A stretch of 64,000 nucleotides of DNA. Source: an uncultured delta proteobacterium. Lineage in GTDB: Bacteria > Desulfobacterota > Binatia > Binatales > Binataceae. Where the stretch lies: the NCBI GenBank assembly GCA_963711565.1, contig CAVQEQ010000001.1:1088001-1152000 (forward strand), read 5' to 3'. A program made the position numbers and the translations under genes. Of the stretch, positions 61,221-64,000 are shown one piece after another (position 1 is the first letter of the stretch; every line of letters begins with the position of its first letter). The notes beneath the pieces were generated by a model. That model ran no database searches and was not told where the DNA came from. It was given only the letters and a program-made list of their open reading frames with translations.

Positions 61221-62942
61221 ATGAAGATTCAGAAATTTGCATTGGCGGCAGTAATCGCGACGCTGTGCTGCGGCACCGCGTCCATCGCCGCCAATTCTCC
61301 GGCGCCCTCTCCCGTAACGAGCGCGCCGACTCCCCCTACGAGCGCAGCGCCTCAAGGTTTCGATGACCTCGTTACTCTGATCGCAAGCGGCACGCTGGCC
61401 GACCTGCACTGGCCCAACTTCTCGGACTATCGTGACTACGTCAAAAAATTCTACGACGCGGGCGGCGATTCGATTGCGTGGATTCAGAACGGCAAGGCCA
61501 GCCCACAGGCCGTCTCGATGATTCTCCAGTTTCAGCAGGCGGCGTTGAAAGGCCTCAATCCCGAGGACTATGACGCCTCGCTGTGGGACGCTCGGCTGGC
61601 CAAGCTGCAGCCGACGGCGGCGAAACCGTCAGACACCGACCTTGCACATATCGATCTGGCGCTGACGGTGGCCGCGATGCGCTACATTTCCGACCTCCAT
61701 ATTGGAAGGGTTAATCCGCAGCACTTCAAGTTCGGCCTGACGATGGGTCCCGCACGACTCGACCTGGCCGATGTGCTGAGGACGCAGTTGCTGCCGGCGT
61801 CGGACGTTCCGGCGGTCCTCGCGAAAGTCGAACCGCCTTACGATGGTTATCGACGCGCCGAAGACGCGCTCCTCACGTATACCAAGATGGCAGGCACGCC
61901 CGACACTCCGCCGATACCGATGCCGCAAAAGGGCGTGCGCCCCGGAAATTCATATGCGTCGATGCCTCAGTTGATCGCACGATTGCATCAGCTCGGCGAC
62001 CTTCCATCCAGCGCTGACGTGCCTGCCGACTCGACTTTGTATCAAGGTGCGGTCGTCGAAGCCGTGAAACATTTCCAGCAACGGCACGGCCTCGATATTG
62101 ACGGGGTGTTGGGCAAGGGCACAGTGACCGAATTGAATGTACCGCTCAAGACGCGTGTGCAGCAGCTTCAGCTCACACTGGAACGATACCGTTGGATACC
62201 GCCGGACTTCCCCGAGCCGCCAATCGTCGTCAACATCCCGGAATTTAAGCTACGTACCCTGCGACGCCAGCCTGCGAGCTACCTGACCATGAGAGTAGTC
62301 GTCGGGAGGGCGATGCGCACGCAGACGCCGGTGTTCGCGCAGAACATGAAGTATCTAATCTTCCGGCCGTATTGGCTGGTTCCCACGTCGATCCTGCGCA
62401 ACGAGCTAATCCCGAAGGCGCGGCGCGATCCGAACTACCTGGCAGATAAGGGATTCGAAGTAGTTGACCGAAGCGGCAATGTCGTCCCTTCATCGCCGGC
62501 GTCGGACGACGTTATAGACGGCCTGCGTTCCGGCTCGCTGAGCGTGCGGCAGAAGCCCGGACCCAAAAATGCGCTCGGCCTGGTCAAGTTCATATTCCCC
62601 AATCAGTACAACGTTTATCTGCACAGCACGCCGGAACCGGAACTGTTCGCGCGGTCGCGGCGCGACTTCAGCCACGGATGCATCCGGGTTGAAAGGCCCG
62701 CGGATCTGGCGGCGTGGGTGCTGCGCGGCAAGCCAGGGTGGACGATGGACAAAATTCAGGCCGCAATGAATAGTGGCCCCGATAACGTGCAGGTGAATCT
62801 CGACAAACCTATTCCAGTGCTGATTCTCTATAGTACGGCGGTAGTAGAACCGGACGGCGAAGTAAGATTCTTCGACGACATATATGGCTATGACAAGTCG
62901 CTGAACAAGGTACTCGCGAACGGCCCTCCGTACCCAAGTTGA
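61221..62942 (+). CDS. L,D-transpeptidase YcbB/LdtD-like
   Basis: PG-binding domain FQQRHGL..DG, VNIPEF, NALG.VKF.FPN, YLH.TP, SHGCIRV. Confidence 0.93.
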   Translation: MKIQKFALAAVIATLCCGTASIAANSPAPSPVTSAPTPPTSAAPQGFDDLVTLIASGTLADLHWPNFSDYRDYVKKFYDAGGDSIAWIQNGKASPQAVSMILQFQQAALKGLNPEDYDASLWDARLAKLQPTAAKPSDTDLAHIDLALTVAAMRYISDLHIGRVNPQHFKFGLTMGPARLDLADVLRTQLLPASDVPAVLAKVEPPYDGYRRAEDALLTYTKMAGTPDTPPIPMPQKGVRPGNSYASMPQLIARLHQLGDLPSSADVPADSTLYQGAVVEAVKHFQQRHGLDIDGVLGKGTVTELNVPLKTRVQQLQLTLERYRWIPPDFPEPPIVVNIPEFKLRTLRRQPASYLTMRVVVGRAMRTQTPVFAQNMKYLIFRPYWLVPTSILRNELIPKARRDPNYLADKGFEVVDRSGNVVPSSPASDDVIDGLRSGSLSVRQKPGPKNALGLVKFIFPNQYNVYLHSTPEPELFARSRRDFSHGCIRVERPADLAAWVLRGKPGWTMDKIQAAMNSGPDNVQVNLDKPIPVLILYSTAVVEPDGEVRFFDDIYGYDKSLNKVLANGPPYPS

Positions 62943-63006
62943 TTAGCTAGTCCAATAGTCATTCGCGAGCTTTTCGATCGAGCGGAGAAACTGGTAAAAT
63001 AATTTT

Positions 63007-63162
63007 ATGGCCAGGAAGAACGTCAGATTTGTGGCTACGAAGACGGTCGCAAAGCCTGCGAGGGTCAGATTCAAGACCAAATCGGGGCAAACCGTTTCCT
63101 TCAAGGCCGTCAAGACCGTAAGGGAAAGAAAGGTAGTCAAGTTTCGCGCCGTCCAAAAATGA
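63007..63162 (+). CDS. 51-aa highly basic protein, candidate antitoxin (absent from the ORF track)
   Basis: Manual translation MARKNVRFVATKTVAKPARVRFKTKSGQTVSFKAVKTVRERKVVKFRAVQK; ATGA overlap with the PIN gene; extended -10 TGGTAAAAT 6 nt upstream. Confidence 0.7.
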   Translation: MARKNVRFVATKTVAKPARVRFKTKSGQTVSFKAVKTVRERKVVKFRAVQK

Positions 63163-63638
63163 GGCGCATCTATCTCGACAGCAATATTCTGATATCGCAC
63201 TTTTCTAAAGATAAAGCGGAAGAGATCAAGCGTCAGATGGTCGGGAACTCCTTGACTGTCTTCGGCGACCTCAGAGATGTTCAGCTTTGCACTTCGATGT
63301 GGGCGATTACGGAGATGGTCAACGTACTGGTTTCCCAGAAGAAAATTGACCGCGGAGAAGTTGCTGAAATCGAGAGCCAGCTCTCAAGCGAACGGCGGTT
63401 AGCGGGCCTAAAAATTCACTTCCTCGATGTGAGCCCGAGGAAGGACTATGACTTCATGGAATTCTTCTATCACGTCAGGCAGGGAATTCTCAGCTATCAT
63501 TCTGGCGTTGGCGACATCATTCATAGCGTTATTATGAAAAGTAACAACGTCTCGAATATCTTGACGTTTGACGAGAAGGACGACTTCAAGAGAATTCCTA
63601 ATCTGACCGTACTCCATCCGAAAGATGTAAGGTTGTAG
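63159..63638 (+). CDS. PIN-domain (VapC-like) nuclease
   Basis: IYLDSNIL, ITEM, GDIIH, ILTFD..DFKRI acidic quartet; lower GC than flanks. Confidence 0.85.
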   Translation: MRRIYLDSNILISHFSKDKAEEIKRQMVGNSLTVFGDLRDVQLCTSMWAITEMVNVLVSQKKIDRGEVAEIESQLSSERRLAGLKIHFLDVSPRKDYDFMEFFYHVRQGILSYHSGVGDIIHSVIMKSNNVSNILTFDEKDDFKRIPNLTVLHPKDVRL

Positions 63639-63656
63639 TGCGGCCTTCGGGGACCT

Positions 63657-64000
63657 TCACGATACTCCGTACTGCTTGAACCAGGATTGCATTCGCTTCC
63701 ATCCATCCTTAGCGGCTTGCGGATTGTAGCTGGGACGATAGTCGGCGTTGAAGCCGTGCCCGGCGTCGGGATAGATGACGATTTCAGACGGCTTGCCGGC
63801 AGCCTTAAGCGCCGCGCGCATCTGCTCGATTTGCGCAACCGGAATTCCCATATCCTTGCCGCCGTAGAGACCTAGAATGGGCGCGTTGATCTGATTCACC
63901 AAATCGATCGGATTCTTCGGCCTTAGGTCCGACGGCGGCATCTGTAGAGGTCCATACCATGCGACTCCCGCTCTCAGAGCAGGATTGTGCGCGCCGTAGA
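63657..64000 (-). CDS. Dienelactone hydrolase family protein, 3' part
   Basis: AWYG, PILGLYGG.D.GIP, YPDAGHGFNADYRPSY; runs off the right edge. Confidence 0.9.
   Translation of the reverse strand, partial: YGAHNPALRAGVAWYGPLQMPPSDLRPKNPIDLVNQINAPILGLYGGKDMGIPVAQIEQMRAALKAAGKPSEIVIYPDAGHGFNADYRPSYNPQAAKDGWKRMQSWFKQYGVS

Overview
High-GC bacterial chromosome segment spanning the origin and partition region: jag-yidC-yidD-rnpA-rpmH, mnmE, parB-parA-rsmG-mnmG and three perfect parS palindromes. The lineage is probably Candidatus Binatota/Binataceae (inference from the DUF1329 protein and the 'MKPRHAAALALVGW'-type small proteins). Hand-counted GC skew flips from C>G to G>C near 23.8-24.1 kb, yet no dnaA gene or DnaA-box cluster is visible. 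The remainder is metabolic and envelope genes (fumC, pLGIC channel, Tad minor pilins, WS/DGAT, Mo-hydroxylase, TonB system with a DUF2946/RAPP uORF, ppk1, single-chain acyl-CoA carboxylase, transglutaminases, L,D-transpeptidase) plus small accessory islets (Erm-like methyltransferase with hicBA, HigA, PIN nuclease with a tiny basic partner). The most striking unexplained structure is a dense set of palindromic REP-like repeats in at least three families. An intact DUF559 nuclease gene is bounded by ~55-bp inverted repeats, with an apparently empty copy at 25.5 kb. Single cargo genes (tag, higA) are bracketed by inverted repeat pairs, repeats sit in-frame inside two genes, and one family switches orientation at the skew inversion. 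Together these suggest a REP/REPIN-like mobile and gene-capture system that may be driven by a DUF559 nuclease rather than a RAYT. All alignments and counts were done by eye.
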